From: an uncultured Gemmataceae bacterium
GTDB taxonomy: Bacteria; Planctomycetota; Planctomycetia; Gemmatales; Gemmataceae
Length of the DNA: 64,000 nt
Assembly: GCA_963750165.1 (NCBI GenBank)
Contig: CAVVPN010000011.1
Span: 2,240,001 to 2,304,000 of the forward strand
Direction: 5' to 3'
Shown: positions 20,144 through 30,043 of the stretch, in pieces
Numbering within the stretch: the stretch's first letter is position 1
Layout: every line of letters starts with the position of its first letter
Position numbers and translations under genes: made by a program
The notes under the pieces: generated by a model
Seen by the model: the letters and a program-made list of their open reading frames with translations, nothing else
Told to the model about the DNA's origin: nothing
The model's database searches: none

Positions 20144-20350
20144 ATGCAGCGGATTCCTGGGCACCTGACCGACAACAGCGCCGGCACCGCCAGCGCCACG
20201 GCGATTGCGGCCCTGAGCGACGGCAGCACCTACGCCAACGACGTGGCCGCGATCCGCAACAACCTGGCGACCATCGCCGCCACGCTGAACAGTCTGATCG
20301 ACCTGACCAAGGCGCTGGCCCGGCGGGTCGGCGAGTTGGAAGGGCAGTAA
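20144..20350 (+). CDS. Small head-fibre/decoration-like protein
   Basis: LTDNSAGTAS...IRNNLATIAATLN; GGAGG RBS. Confidence 0.5.
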   Translation: MQRIPGHLTDNSAGTASATAIAALSDGSTYANDVAAIRNNLATIAATLNSLIDLTKALARRVGELEGQ

Positions 20351-20384
20351 CCGCGGCACGCCACAGCAACCCGGGGGATGAATC

Positions 20385-20808
20385 GTGGAAGGCACGTATT
20401 TCAAGCCAAGTGCGGGCGGCCAGGCCGCGGGCACCATCTATCCGGCGCGCTTCGTCAAGCCGGGCAGCGACGAGGGCCTGATCCTCATGGCTGGCTCGGG
20501 CGATTTGCCCAGCGGCATCAGTTTCAATGAGACGCGGCGCTGCCAGCTGGTCGATAACACGGCTTCGCCGGGCATCCTGGCCAACACGGGCGAGCCGCTG
20601 AGTTACTACACCCAGGGCGCCCGCTGTCAGCCTGCAGCTGGGCGGCACCGTGAGCGCTGGCAACCTCCTGAAGCCGAACACGAACGGCGACGGCACCGGC
20701 ATCGCCACCACGGCCGACGGCGACGCCTACGGCGCCCGCGCCCTGCGCAACGGCACCAGCGGGGACATCATCCCCGTGGAAGTCTTGGTCGGCGAACGCG
20801 GCGCGTAG
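20385..20808 (+). CDS. Capsid decoration/cement protein (DUF2190-like), frameshift near 20627
   Basis: AAGTIYPARFVK...; shifted frame LQLGGTVSAGNLL...YGARALRNGTSGDIIPVEV, stop at 20808. Confidence 0.6.
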
Positions 20809-20879
20809 TCCACACATGGCCCGCCGAGTGCTTCGAGCGCTCGCCAGGAATGCCGCCGCGAGGCGGGGCGGGTCTCCAT

Positions 20880-20951
20880 CCCGGGGAGGAGCCGCGGAGG
20901 CTCGCCAGGCTCATAACCTGGAGGCGGTCGGTTCAACTCCGACCCCCGGCA
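20880..20951 (+). tRNA. Element-encoded tRNA-Met(CAT), initiator-like
   Basis: CCCGGGG/CCCCGGC with 1:72 mismatch; GAGCC..GGCTC D arm; CCAGG-CTCATAA-CCTGG; GTCGG-TTCAACT-CCGAC. Confidence 0.8.
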
Positions 20952-21148
20952 CTGACTCCCCCGGCTGCTTCGGCGGCCGGGCGCGGGGACGCAGGGAGGC
21001 GTCCTTAGCTCACCAAGGGATCGTGCGGCGCGTCCGCGCGGTCAATGAACGGGCCGGCCGGGAGTAGCTACCCGGCGAGACGGCCAAACACGTTGCGACC
21101 CGTTTGGGGGCCGCGCGGACGATCCGCGGTCCCACGAGGTCAACGGCC

Positions 21149-22234
21149 ATGCCGTTCGTCTACACCGGTCAGTTCAACGCCTACGTCCCCAAGGCCACCG
21201 GCCAGGTAGTCGCCTACGCCCGCAACCCGAAAAAGTACAAGCTCAACCGCTACACGCAGCTGGTGCCGGCGCCGGAGGACTTGTTCCTCTACTACCTGAT
21301 CCATCCGGACGACTTCGTCACGCACTACAACCAGACCGCCGCCATCTGGCAGGACGGCCAGTTGCGGCCGATGAAGTCCGGTCAGCGCATCCGCCACGAC
21401 CAGGTGCAGGGCCAGTGCGTCCGCTATGACTACGACTTCCAGATCGGCTGGAAGACGCTCAAGAGCGCGGACTACAACGTGCTCATGGCCAACACCAAGT
21501 CGGCCGAAAACGAGGCCATGATCGCCTGGACCGAGGAGGCCATCGCCCTGATCGAGGATGCGGCCAACTGGAACGGCAACACCGCCGACGCCGCGGACCT
21601 CGACGGCGGCGCCACCTGGGACGCCGGCACGCCGGAGAATCCCGTCATCAAGAAGACGCTGGGGGCGCTGGCCGAGCAGATTAGCCTGGGCACCAATGGC
21701 ATCGTCGGCGACTTCGAGAACCCCGAGGACGTGGGCCTCATCCTGCTCCTGGCCCCGGGCGCCGCCCGCCGCATGGCGGTGACGCCGGAAATCCACGCGA
21801 TTTACAAGGAGTCGCTGTACGCCGACGCCCTGGTGACGCGGCAGAGCGCCAACCCGAACGCCGTCTGGCAACTGCCGGCCCGGCTCTACGGCTTCACCGT
21901 CGTCGTCGAGAACGCGGTGCAGGTGAGCACGTCCCCCGTGGCCGCGGCCACGGCGGCGGCCACGACCGGCAGCCCGGCGCCGCGGTCGTTCCTCAAGAGC
22001 TACACGAGCGCGGCGATCCTCAGCCGTGTCGGCGGCATCGACGGCGAGATCGCCGCGCCCAACTTCTCGACGGTGCAGCGCTATTACACCGGCACCGAAA
22101 TGGCCGTCAAAATTTTCGACGAACCCAAGCACGAGTTGACCGACGGTCACGTGGAGCGCTGCGGCACCACCAAGCTGGCGGCGCCGGCGTCGGGGTTCCT
22201 CATCACCAACATCTTCCGGCCAGGCGTCGGCTAA
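21149..22234 (+). CDS. Major capsid protein
   Basis: 361 aa; follows scaffold and decoration genes; LPARLYGFTVVV motif and C-terminal GFLITNI typical of HK97-fold capsids. Confidence 0.7.
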   Translation: MPFVYTGQFNAYVPKATGQVVAYARNPKKYKLNRYTQLVPAPEDLFLYYLIHPDDFVTHYNQTAAIWQDGQLRPMKSGQRIRHDQVQGQCVRYDYDFQIGWKTLKSADYNVLMANTKSAENEAMIAWTEEAIALIEDAANWNGNTADAADLDGGATWDAGTPENPVIKKTLGALAEQISLGTNGIVGDFENPEDVGLILLLAPGAARRMAVTPEIHAIYKESLYADALVTRQSANPNAVWQLPARLYGFTVVVENAVQVSTSPVAAATAAATTGSPAPRSFLKSYTSAAILSRVGGIDGEIAAPNFSTVQRYYTGTEMAVKIFDEPKHELTDGHVERCGTTKLAAPASGFLITNIFRPGVG

Positions 22235-22267
22235 CCCGGGCGACGGCTGACACAGAGGGTCCGATTC

Positions 22268-23065
22268 ATGGAAACCGCCGCGCTGATGAAGGGGCACGTC
22301 CACCGGCTGTTGCCGATCCCGGCCGCCGAGGACCAGGGCAAGAGCGCGCGTTTCGGCCGCTACGGCGAGCCGTGCGTGCAGTCGATGGTTCGCAAGGCGC
22401 ACCCGCTGGCCGACGAGGGCAGCTACTTCCTGTGCAACAACGCGCAGACGGCCATCACCGCCGTGGCCGCCACGGCGTTCGCGGCGACGACGCCGCTGCT
22501 CATCGTCACCAACACCGACGTGCCCACCAACCCGAACGCCAAGAGCATCTACCTGGACTTCCTGTCCCTGCTCAACGGCAGCACGGCGTTCTCGAACAGC
22601 ACCAGCAACATCGGCATGTTCTGGGCCAGTTACCTCGACCAGCTGGCCCGCTACTCCTCGGGCGGCAGCAACCTGTCGGCCAACATCGTCAGCCCGAACA
22701 GCGGCGTCGCCAACCCGACCTCGGTGGCCAAGGTCTACCTGGGCAGCCTGACGGCGGCGGCGGCCGGCCCCAACGTCCGCTGCCTGATCGGCCAGCGGCT
22801 GTTCCGCGCCCCGGTCACCGCCACGGCCATGTCGCTGGCGTACCTCGACGACTGGCACTACGAGTTCGGCAGCGTGGAATCCCCGCCGGCGGGCACGCCG
22901 GGCACCTCGGGCACCGTCAACGCCAACGCCCTGCACAGCGTCTTCAAGCACCCGCCCGTGGTGATCGGCCCGGGGCACAGCTTCCTGCTCTACCTGTGGA
23001 TGGCGGCCAACAGCGGCCAGACCGGCGGCACCCTCTTGCCCGATCTGGGCTGGTGGGAGCGCTGA
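22268..23065 (+). CDS. Putative virion structural protein
   Basis: Long ORF with phage-like codon usage between the capsid and adaptor genes. Confidence 0.6.
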   Translation: METAALMKGHVHRLLPIPAAEDQGKSARFGRYGEPCVQSMVRKAHPLADEGSYFLCNNAQTAITAVAATAFAATTPLLIVTNTDVPTNPNAKSIYLDFLSLLNGSTAFSNSTSNIGMFWASYLDQLARYSSGGSNLSANIVSPNSGVANPTSVAKVYLGSLTAAAAGPNVRCLIGQRLFRAPVTATAMSLAYLDDWHYEFGSVESPPAGTPGTSGTVNANALHSVFKHPPVVIGPGHSFLLYLWMAANSGQTGGTLLPDLGWWER

Positions 23066-23160
23066 GCGGCGGCCGGACAGTTGGGTTTTGCGAAACCGTG
23101 GCGGATTCCGGCGCCGATCGCGGCCGGAATCCGCCGTAGCAGCCCAGTCAAGGGGCGGCC

Positions 23161-23700
23161 ATGACGCAGACCGTCATCAGCGGAGCCAGCGCCTACTGCA
23201 CGCCGCAGCAGTTCCTGGACCGCTACGACCTGCGGACGGTCGGCCGGCTGCTCTCCGATGACGGTAAGAGCACGCTGAACCAGATGCAACTGCTGGCGAG
23301 TCCGATCCTGGCCTCCTTCCTCATGGAAGCCTCGGGCGAGGTCGAAACGGTGTGCCTGCAGGGAGGGCGGTACACCCCGGCGGACCTGGCCGCGCTGGCG
23401 GGGACCAACCACGGCATGACGCTGGCCGGCCTGGTCGCGGACCTGGCCATGTGGCGGCTGTGGCGGCGGCGGCCCAGCAAGGACGACAAGGCCCCGGCGT
23501 CCGTGGAGGATGCCCGGGATCTGCTCCAGCGGCTGGGCGACGGCGAAGCCATCTTTGGCTTCCAGGAGACGGCCGACGCGGGCGTGCTGCACGCCGGGCG
23601 GCGGCACCAGCGCGACGAGACCTTGCTGCCGCCTCGCTACTATGGCCGCGGTTGGGATAGCGACCGCGGCTATGGCTTTGGCAGTGGCGTGGGCGACTGA
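23161..23700 (+). CDS. Head-tail adaptor, Mu gp36/DUF1320-like
   Basis: AYCTPQQF...EASGEV...GRY...LVADLAMWRLWRRR...EDARDLLQRLGDG. Confidence 0.75.
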   Translation: MTQTVISGASAYCTPQQFLDRYDLRTVGRLLSDDGKSTLNQMQLLASPILASFLMEASGEVETVCLQGGRYTPADLAALAGTNHGMTLAGLVADLAMWRLWRRRPSKDDKAPASVEDARDLLQRLGDGEAIFGFQETADAGVLHAGRRHQRDETLLPPRYYGRGWDSDRGYGFGSGVGD

Positions 23701-23711
23701 GGGCCACGACG

Positions 23712-24299
23712 ATGACGCTACAGGTCGGCATCCCCAACCCGCTCTCCACCGGCGCCGTGGCCATCTACGTTGGCACCGGCAAACACAACGCGCCGGCCCT
23801 GCTCGGCACCGGCCGCACGGCGCCCCGCTACCTGATCGAGCGGGCCTGGATTCCCTTCTTCAATGATCTGGGCGGCTCGGCGATGCCCTTTGACGAGCTG
23901 TACGCGGGCACGCGGGCGCTCGTCTCGGTGGACCTCAACTGGCTCGACCTCAAAGTGCTCAAGGTGGCGCAGGCCGTCCCCGGTTCCGTCAGCCAGCAGA
24001 CCGGCTTTCAGGCGCTGCTCGACCAGGGTTCGTTCATGGTCGCCGAGAACCTGGCGTCCCCGCTCTGGCTCAGGTTCCTCAACTACAACAAGCCGGCGTT
24101 TCGGGCGCTCGGCCTCGCCCCTGGCATCCGCTTCCCCTACAGCTGGCTGCTCGGCCCCGACCGCCACGAGCCGGGCACGCAGTCGCTGAATATCAACCTC
24201 ATCTGGCGCTGCCAGCGCGGCTTCGTGCCGGCGCTCGGCGGCTTCCTGTTCGCGGACAACGACATGACCGGACTGCCGCCCTTCCCCGGCCTGAAGTGA
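23712..24299 (+). CDS. Putative tail tube protein
   Basis: Size and position between the adaptor and the frameshifted chaperone pair. Confidence 0.45.
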   Translation: MTLQVGIPNPLSTGAVAIYVGTGKHNAPALLGTGRTAPRYLIERAWIPFFNDLGGSAMPFDELYAGTRALVSVDLNWLDLKVLKVAQAVPGSVSQQTGFQALLDQGSFMVAENLASPLWLRFLNYNKPAFRALGLAPGIRFPYSWLLGPDRHEPGTQSLNINLIWRCQRGFVPALGGFLFADNDMTGLPPFPGLK

Positions 24300-24306
24300 G
24301 CACCCC

Positions 24307-24926
24307 ATGAGTCAGCGCGGCCCCAACGACGTGTTCGGACCCTACGAGTGCGGCCAGGGCCCGGTCTACGGCGATCCCTTCCGCCTCTACCGCGGCTTCG
24401 TCCACGGTTTAGGCGGCGAGCCGGGCCGTGTCCTGCGCGGCTGCCGGAGCGCCGACGAGACCGAGCGCTTCGAGTGCGTCGAGCGGTTGGTCGCCACGAC
24501 CCGCGAGGTGTTTGGCCTGGTGCCGTTCGACCCGGCGGACGGCTCGGGCGTCCTGGACCGCGAGGCGGTCGAGTTGGCCCGGCAGTTCCTGCTCTGGGTC
24601 GAGGGTGTAAAAAAAAATGGCGTGACGCCGCCGACCTCGCCGCCAATTACGGAGTTGGCGTCCTGCCCGGACCCTTGGGTCACGCCGGACGCTTCGGTCT
24701 GTGGCTGAACCTGCCCCGGCAGCGGGCGCGGCACGCCTGGGCCGGCAAGGAGGCCATCGAGTTGGCGATGGGTCGGGGCAGGGTGCCGCGGCTGTACTTT
24801 GAGGCGGTGTGCGCCACCGAGGCCCAGGCCGAGGAACTGGCCTTCCGGGTCAACACGGCGCGGAAGGAAAAAGAGGCGCTGGCCTCCCTCAAGGGCGGCC
24901 CGGCGGCGTGGCAAGGGGCTTGGTAG
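24307..24926 (+). CDS. Tail assembly chaperone pair (G: 24307-24708; GT via -1 frameshift to 24926)
   Basis: A9 run at 24609-24617 (V-K-K-N); the -1 frame stays open to 24926. Confidence 0.6.
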
Positions 24927-25859
24927 ATGGCGGCCGACAAGGAAGCGCTGTTGCAGATGGCGGCGGCGCTGGCCGACGAGGCGGCGGGCATGGCCGACGC
25001 CGTGGACCGCACCGCCGGGTTCGGCCAGGTCGAGATGCCGGCAATGGCGGACGAGGCGGGCGGTCTGGCGCCCCTGGACTGGCCGCAGAGTGCAGACGGC
25101 GCCGAAGGCGAGGCCGGGGGTGACGGTCAGGACCCGTTCGCGCCGCCGGACTTCGCGGGACTGGGCGGGGCGCTGGAGCCGGGCGGCATGCCCGCGGCCG
25201 GCGTGGCGCCGGGAGAGGTACCGCAGGTGCCGGCGACGGGGTTGGATGCCGCGGGCGACTTCGCGCCGCCGGTGACTGCGGGCGACGGACCCTTCGAGGT
25301 GCCGCCGTTGCCGGGGGCGGTGCCGGAGTTGCCGCCGCCCGAGTTGCCGCAGAGCGTGCCGGCCACCGTGAACTACTACCCCAACGAACCGCAGGTCGAG
25401 GCGCCGCCGCCGGCGGCCGGGCCGGACCAGGATCCGTTCCGCTTCAGCCAGTGGACCGAGCAGGACGGCGGCATCGTCTTTGAGAATGGCCCCGGTGCGG
25501 CCCCAGAGCGCGGCGGCCCGCAACCCTCGGAGTTGCCCGAGCAGGCGGCCGACGAGCCGGACAAGGCGCCGCTGGGGGGCGTCCTGGGCGATGTCTTCGG
25601 GTTGCTCCAGAGCATCCAGGAGGGGATTCAGGCGCTGGCGGGTGGGGGCAGCCAAGGGAGAGGGGCCAACGGCCTCAACTTGCCCACGGGGCCGCAAGGG
25701 CTGCCCTGGTCTGGGATACCTCCGGCGTCCTTGCCCGAGGCCAGCGAGAGCTACGCCGCGGCGTCGCCGGGGATCTTCGACGCGACCACCACGGCCGGCG
25801 CCGGGGGGCTGGCGGCTACGGTGCCGGCAGCCGGCCAAACGTGCCGACTATCGACGTGA
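24927..25859 (+). CDS. Acidic Pro/Gly/Ala-rich protein at the tape-measure position
   Basis: Starts immediately after the GT stop; low complexity. Confidence 0.55.
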   Translation: MAADKEALLQMAAALADEAAGMADAVDRTAGFGQVEMPAMADEAGGLAPLDWPQSADGAEGEAGGDGQDPFAPPDFAGLGGALEPGGMPAAGVAPGEVPQVPATGLDAAGDFAPPVTAGDGPFEVPPLPGAVPELPPPELPQSVPATVNYYPNEPQVEAPPPAAGPDQDPFRFSQWTEQDGGIVFENGPGAAPERGGPQPSELPEQAADEPDKAPLGGVLGDVFGLLQSIQEGIQALAGGGSQGRGANGLNLPTGPQGLPWSGIPPASLPEASESYAAASPGIFDATTTAGAGGLAATVPAAGQTCRLST

Positions 25860-25899
25860 CCGAACCTTCCAAGCGGCTGGCTTCGCACGGGTGATACCG

Positions 25900-27693
25900 A
25901 TGGCGACCTGGGCGTTCTACAACGGCGTGTACATGGACCGCGCCCGCTGCCACGTGCAAAGGCAGCAGGTGGTCAGCAACGGCTTCTACGTCCGCACCGA
26001 CGTGACGCTGCGCGTCCGCGGGGTCTACAACCCCGCCTACATCAGCTACTATCTGAACAAGCTGCCCGCGCAGGCGAAGGCGGCGGCATTGGCGGGGCAG
26101 GCGGTCGGCAACCTCGCCGCCGGCCTGGCCGCCAACGCCGCGCCCCCAGGCTTCAACCCCCTCGCCCTGGCGAACGCCGCCGCCGGGCTGGCCCAGGCGG
26201 GCAGTGTGCCGCGGCCGGCCCCGCGCCAGGCGCCGGGCGTGCCCGCCCCGCAGACCGACAATGCCATCCGCTACGTGCTCAGCCAACCGCGCAAGCGCCT
26301 CGTCTTCGGCTGCGGACCCGACATCCTGTACGACATCCCCCGGCCGCCGAACACCACGGACGTGAACAACGGGCCGACGCCCGTGCGTATCGACGTGGTG
26401 GAGGTCGAGGGCTACAAGACCTTCCACATCGACTTCATCATCACCTTCGCTGTTAACGAGGTGGACGCCACCAATCGCGGCCAGCGGCGTACCATCGACA
26501 ACAGGGGGAAGCCGGTCAACGTCACCGTCGCCAATTCGCCCTACCGGGTCAGCCCGCTGCTGCTGCACGAGTGGTCGATGGAGCACGACATCGACCAGGA
26601 CTTCTTCGTCACCCGCACGGTGACGGGTCGCGCCGTCTTTCGCACGGACGTGCTGACGCGCGAGGGGCTCGTCCCCGATCAGCTGCGTTACTGGCTGGGG
26701 CACCCGGTGCCGGAAAGGTTCGCCCGCCAGCGTGTCTGGGTCAAGGCGCTGCCGGACAACCGCACGGTCGAGTACACCATCCTCGACCGCGAGCGGACAA
26801 TCCCGTGGGACCCAAACCAGGCCACCCGCGTCGAGTGCGTGTACACGGAAAGCATCAACCACGAGGGGCTGGAATCGTTTCTGGGGCGGCAGAGTTGGTC
26901 GTACCGGGACCGTCAGGACCGATTGCGCTTTGATACCAGTTGGTCGGGCGGCTTCGCCGCCTCGGGGTTCGTGCTTGGGCTGCAGGCGGCGCCGATGCTC
27001 TGGAATGGAATTCGCAATTTGTTTCCCAATGCAGGACTCCCGGCCATGCCAGGCGCCACCGCGCTGGCCGGTGTGCCGGTGAAGAACTATCATATCGTCG
27101 GCCGCGCCTGGGGCCACCCGGGCAAGGATTTGGGCCTCCTCGCCAACTACGTCCGCCGCTTCGTCGGCACCCGGCTGGTCAACCCGCTGGCACCGCCAGG
27201 CGCCATCCTGCCGCAGCGCTTCCCTGGGTTCAACCCCATCCGGGGCATTATGCTGGGCAGCGAGGTGTACGAGCACCGCGCGGACCTGACCGGCAAGTTC
27301 GTCGAGTTCAGCATGACCATGACCGGCTCGCTACTCCGCTCCCTCGCTGGAGACATCGGCTTCGCGAACGCCCAGCCGGGCGCGTTCGATGAGGCCCCGG
27401 GACGGCCCGGCCCACCGGAGAACCGCCCCATCCTGGCGCACCCCATGCGCGGCGTGTACCTGGGGGCGGCCGTGGCGCGGGCGCTGCGGGACACGGAAAC
27501 GCCCTGGACGCCCCCGACCGACCCGCCGAACGTGCTGGAGGTGAACAACCCGCGGCCGGTGGGTTCCAACAACCGGCTCAACGCCGACCCGCAGCAGATT
27601 TGGAACGGCGATCAGGGGCAGTTCGATCTGGTCAGAAACGATGTCGCGGCGGGGGTCAACAACAACGCGGCCGATGCCGTGCAGGCCCCGTGA
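25900..27693 (+). CDS. Putative tail/baseplate protein
   Basis: MATWAFYNG...DVNNGP...TRTVTG, in the tail module. Confidence 0.55.
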   Translation: MATWAFYNGVYMDRARCHVQRQQVVSNGFYVRTDVTLRVRGVYNPAYISYYLNKLPAQAKAAALAGQAVGNLAAGLAANAAPPGFNPLALANAAAGLAQAGSVPRPAPRQAPGVPAPQTDNAIRYVLSQPRKRLVFGCGPDILYDIPRPPNTTDVNNGPTPVRIDVVEVEGYKTFHIDFIITFAVNEVDATNRGQRRTIDNRGKPVNVTVANSPYRVSPLLLHEWSMEHDIDQDFFVTRTVTGRAVFRTDVLTREGLVPDQLRYWLGHPVPERFARQRVWVKALPDNRTVEYTILDRERTIPWDPNQATRVECVYTESINHEGLESFLGRQSWSYRDRQDRLRFDTSWSGGFAASGFVLGLQAAPMLWNGIRNLFPNAGLPAMPGATALAGVPVKNYHIVGRAWGHPGKDLGLLANYVRRFVGTRLVNPLAPPGAILPQRFPGFNPIRGIMLGSEVYEHRADLTGKFVEFSMTMTGSLLRSLAGDIGFANAQPGAFDEAPGRPGPPENRPILAHPMRGVYLGAAVARALRDTETPWTPPTDPPNVLEVNNPRPVGSNNRLNADPQQIWNGDQGQFDLVRNDVAAGVNNNAADAVQAP

Positions 27694-27701
27694 GGTGAGT
27701 C

Positions 27702-28238
27702 ATGGCCACGAGTCCCGTTTTGTACAAGCTGCCGGCCAAGACCCCGCGCTTCAACTTCGACTACGGGGTAGGCGGCTACGTCCGCAACCAGCTGGCCAGC
27801 GAGTACCTGTTCAACACGGGCAAGATTGTGGTGCCCGTCATGGGCGATCCGAATTACCCCGCGACGGAGGACACCACGGTATCCGTGCAGGTGTGCAGCC
27901 CCTATGGCTTCAAGGTGGTGTCGTTCCATCTGGGCCGCGTCGGCATCAAGCCGCGGCTGCCGTCGCCGCAGTCCAACGACCCGAACCTGGAGTTCCTGGG
28001 CGGCCGGCTGTGGCTGCCCGCGCCGGTCATCCTCAACGACCTGGTGACCTACGTGTACGAAGCGGCCGGCGTCTACTACTACCGCTGCCTGAAACCCGTC
28101 TGGACCGCCGAGGGGTTCACGCTCGGCGCCTCGACGGTGGACCGCACTCCGGGCGCTGCGAACATGCTGGGCGGCCCCGCCGACGCGAACCGCTTCTTCC
28201 CCATCGACGCCACCGACGTACAGCAGAAGCAGGCATAG
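27702..28238 (+). CDS. Putative tail protein
   Basis: GAGGTG RBS; last gene of the structural run. Confidence 0.55.
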   Translation: MATSPVLYKLPAKTPRFNFDYGVGGYVRNQLASEYLFNTGKIVVPVMGDPNYPATEDTTVSVQVCSPYGFKVVSFHLGRVGIKPRLPSPQSNDPNLEFLGGRLWLPAPVILNDLVTYVYEAAGVYYYRCLKPVWTAEGFTLGASTVDRTPGAANMLGGPADANRFFPIDATDVQQKQA

Positions 28239-28258
28239 GTGGGCATCGCGCCGAAGCC

Positions 28259-28837
28259 TTACTGAGAAGGCCGGGCGAATACCTGGCAGAAATAGATGGT
28301 ATCGCCGTTGCCATCCCCCGGTTGCCCCGGGGCGATGGCGACACCGATGCCGGTTTCGGTCCAGTCGCCGCCGAAGGCAATCGGAATGAGGCCGAACTCC
28401 CAGCGCCGCTTTACCACATGGGCGGCGCTCGGCCGGGCTATGTCGGCCCGGTCGAATGCGACATCGTAGAGCGCCGCCACCTTGCCAGCGTAGCCCGCCT
28501 CCTTGGCCCGCTGCTCTGCCTTCTTACCGTCCGCGGGCAGCCCAAAACCCTTCGCTTTGGCCATCTGATCGGCGTGCAGCTGCGCGATCGCGTCCAGCTT
28601 GGCGATCCGCTTCAGTGGCAACACATCGGGCAGAGGCGGCTCTCCGATTTCCTTGCGAACCTGATTGGCGTTCGGCAGCCGCTCCTTCCGATACCACTCC
28701 CGCGCCTTGTTGTGCAGGGCGAAGAGTTCGTCCCCGAGCTTCTTCAGGTCCAGTGGCTTCTTGTCCTGGGCGGCCGGGCCGGTGCCGGGCAACACCGCCG
28801 CCAGCACCGCCACCGCCGTCAACGTCATTACGCGCAT
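28259..28837 (-). CDS. Secreted CAP/SCP domain protein (cargo)
   Basis: Signal peptide; LHNKAR, LDAIAQLHADQMA, ETGIGVA, YFCQVFA. Confidence 0.75.
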   Translation of the reverse strand: MRVMTLTAVAVLAAVLPGTGPAAQDKKPLDLKKLGDELFALHNKAREWYRKERLPNANQVRKEIGEPPLPDVLPLKRIAKLDAIAQLHADQMAKAKGFGLPADGKKAEQRAKEAGYAGKVAALYDVAFDRADIARPSAAHVVKRRWEFGLIPIAFGGDWTETGIGVAIAPGQPGDGNGDTIYFCQVFARPSQ

Positions 28838-28889
28838 GGGTGACCCTCCTTTCCTGCCATTAGAACGGCAAGCCGGGGGCTTGTCAACT

Positions 28890-29144
28890 TCACGCTTTTC
28901 GCGGCCGGCCGCGCTTCGCCGGGGCGGCAGCCGGCGATGGGGCCTTCGTGAACGCCAGGACCGTCACCCCCAGCGCCCGCGCCAGCGCCAGCGCGCTCGA
29001 CCAGCTAGGATCGGTCAGGTTCTGTTCGTAGTGCGAGACGGCACGCTGGCTGATGCCGGCCTTCTCCGCCAGTTCCTTCTGCGTCAGGCCGGCTCTCTCG
29101 CGCAATTCCTTGAGCCGTCCGCTGAAAATCTCCGCATCGGTCAC
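28890..29144 (-). CDS. XRE-family HTH repressor
   Basis: RLKELRERAGLTQKELAEKAGISQRAVSHYEQN..DPS. Confidence 0.9.
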   Translation of the reverse strand: MTDAEIFSGRLKELRERAGLTQKELAEKAGISQRAVSHYEQNLTDPSWSSALALARALGVTVLAFTKAPSPAAAPAKRGRPRKA

Positions 29145-29165
29145 CGGAACACCCCCGCCAGAAAA

Positions 29166-29208
29166 TACCAAAATTTGGCTTGACGCCATAGCCAGACTTT
29201 GGTATTAT
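29166..29208 (+). promoter_or_regulatory. Sigma70 promoter overlapped by two inverted operators
   Basis: TTGACG (29180)-N17-TATTAT (29203); TACCAAAATTTGGCT and AGCCAGACTTTGGTA are 13/15 inverted copies. Confidence 0.65.
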
Positions 29209-29295
29209 ACCTTCGTCGCCTGGAAAAACAAGTTGGGCCGGCGAGTGCTACTAACACCCCCGGCCCGTGGCAAACCCCGAGTGACCGAGGTTCAC

Positions 29296-29652
29296 ATGAA
29301 CAGCGTAGCATCCCCCGTCCGTGCCGAGAAGGCCAACACGTCCGCCCGCACCGTCCGCCTGAGCACCAGCGCTCACGGCCACAAGCTCCTGACCATCACG
29401 GAGCGCAAGGGCCGCCAGACGCTCACCACCGCGTACCACCTGGAGCAGATCGACGCCGGCATGGGCCGCCGCGGCTTCCGTCTCTCCAAGGTCGAGCGCT
29501 CCAGCGGCACCGACAAGTCCCCCGAGGCCGACGCCTATCACGTCCTGACCGCACCCGAGGGAACCGCCTGCGAGTGCCGCGGGTTCCTTCGTCACGGGCA
29601 CTGCAAGCACTGCGAGAGTCTGGTTGCCCTGGAGCGGGCCGGCAAGCTCTAG
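29296..29652 (+). CDS. SWIM zinc-finger protein
   Basis: CECRGFLRHGHCKH. Confidence 0.75.
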   Translation: MNSVASPVRAEKANTSARTVRLSTSAHGHKLLTITERKGRQTLTTAYHLEQIDAGMGRRGFRLSKVERSSGTDKSPEADAYHVLTAPEGTACECRGFLRHGHCKHCESLVALERAGKL

Positions 29653-29742
29653 AGCCATCTGGTTGATGGGGTGCCGCGGGCCAGGGGCGTGTGCCCCGCC
29701 GCGGCGCCTTTTTCCTCGCCCCCGAACACGGAGAACATCCCG

Positions 29743-29967
29743 ATGACTATCGATACCACGACCACCCGCGGCCTACTGCTGCCCTGCCCCCTGTGCGGGG
29801 AGGCCGAGGCGCAGGTGCTGCTCGACCTGTCGGACATGGACACCTGCCACTGCGACAGCTGCGACACCGACTTCTCGCTGACCGACCTGGCCGGCCGGAT
29901 CGCCAAGTGGCATCGCCTGCTCACCTGGGTCGAGGCCGCCCCGGGCGCGGAAGGCGGTGCGTCTTGA
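29743..29967 (+). CDS. Zinc-ribbon protein
   Basis: CPLCG...CDSC. Confidence 0.65.
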   Translation: MTIDTTTTRGLLLPCPLCGEAEAQVLLDLSDMDTCHCDSCDTDFSLTDLAGRIAKWHRLLTWVEAAPGAEGGAS

Positions 29968-30043
29968 AACCCACCTGGCGGATGTTAGAATCCACCTTGA
30001 AAATTCCAGGCCCCGAAACCTCTTGTTTCGAGGAGACGGTTCG

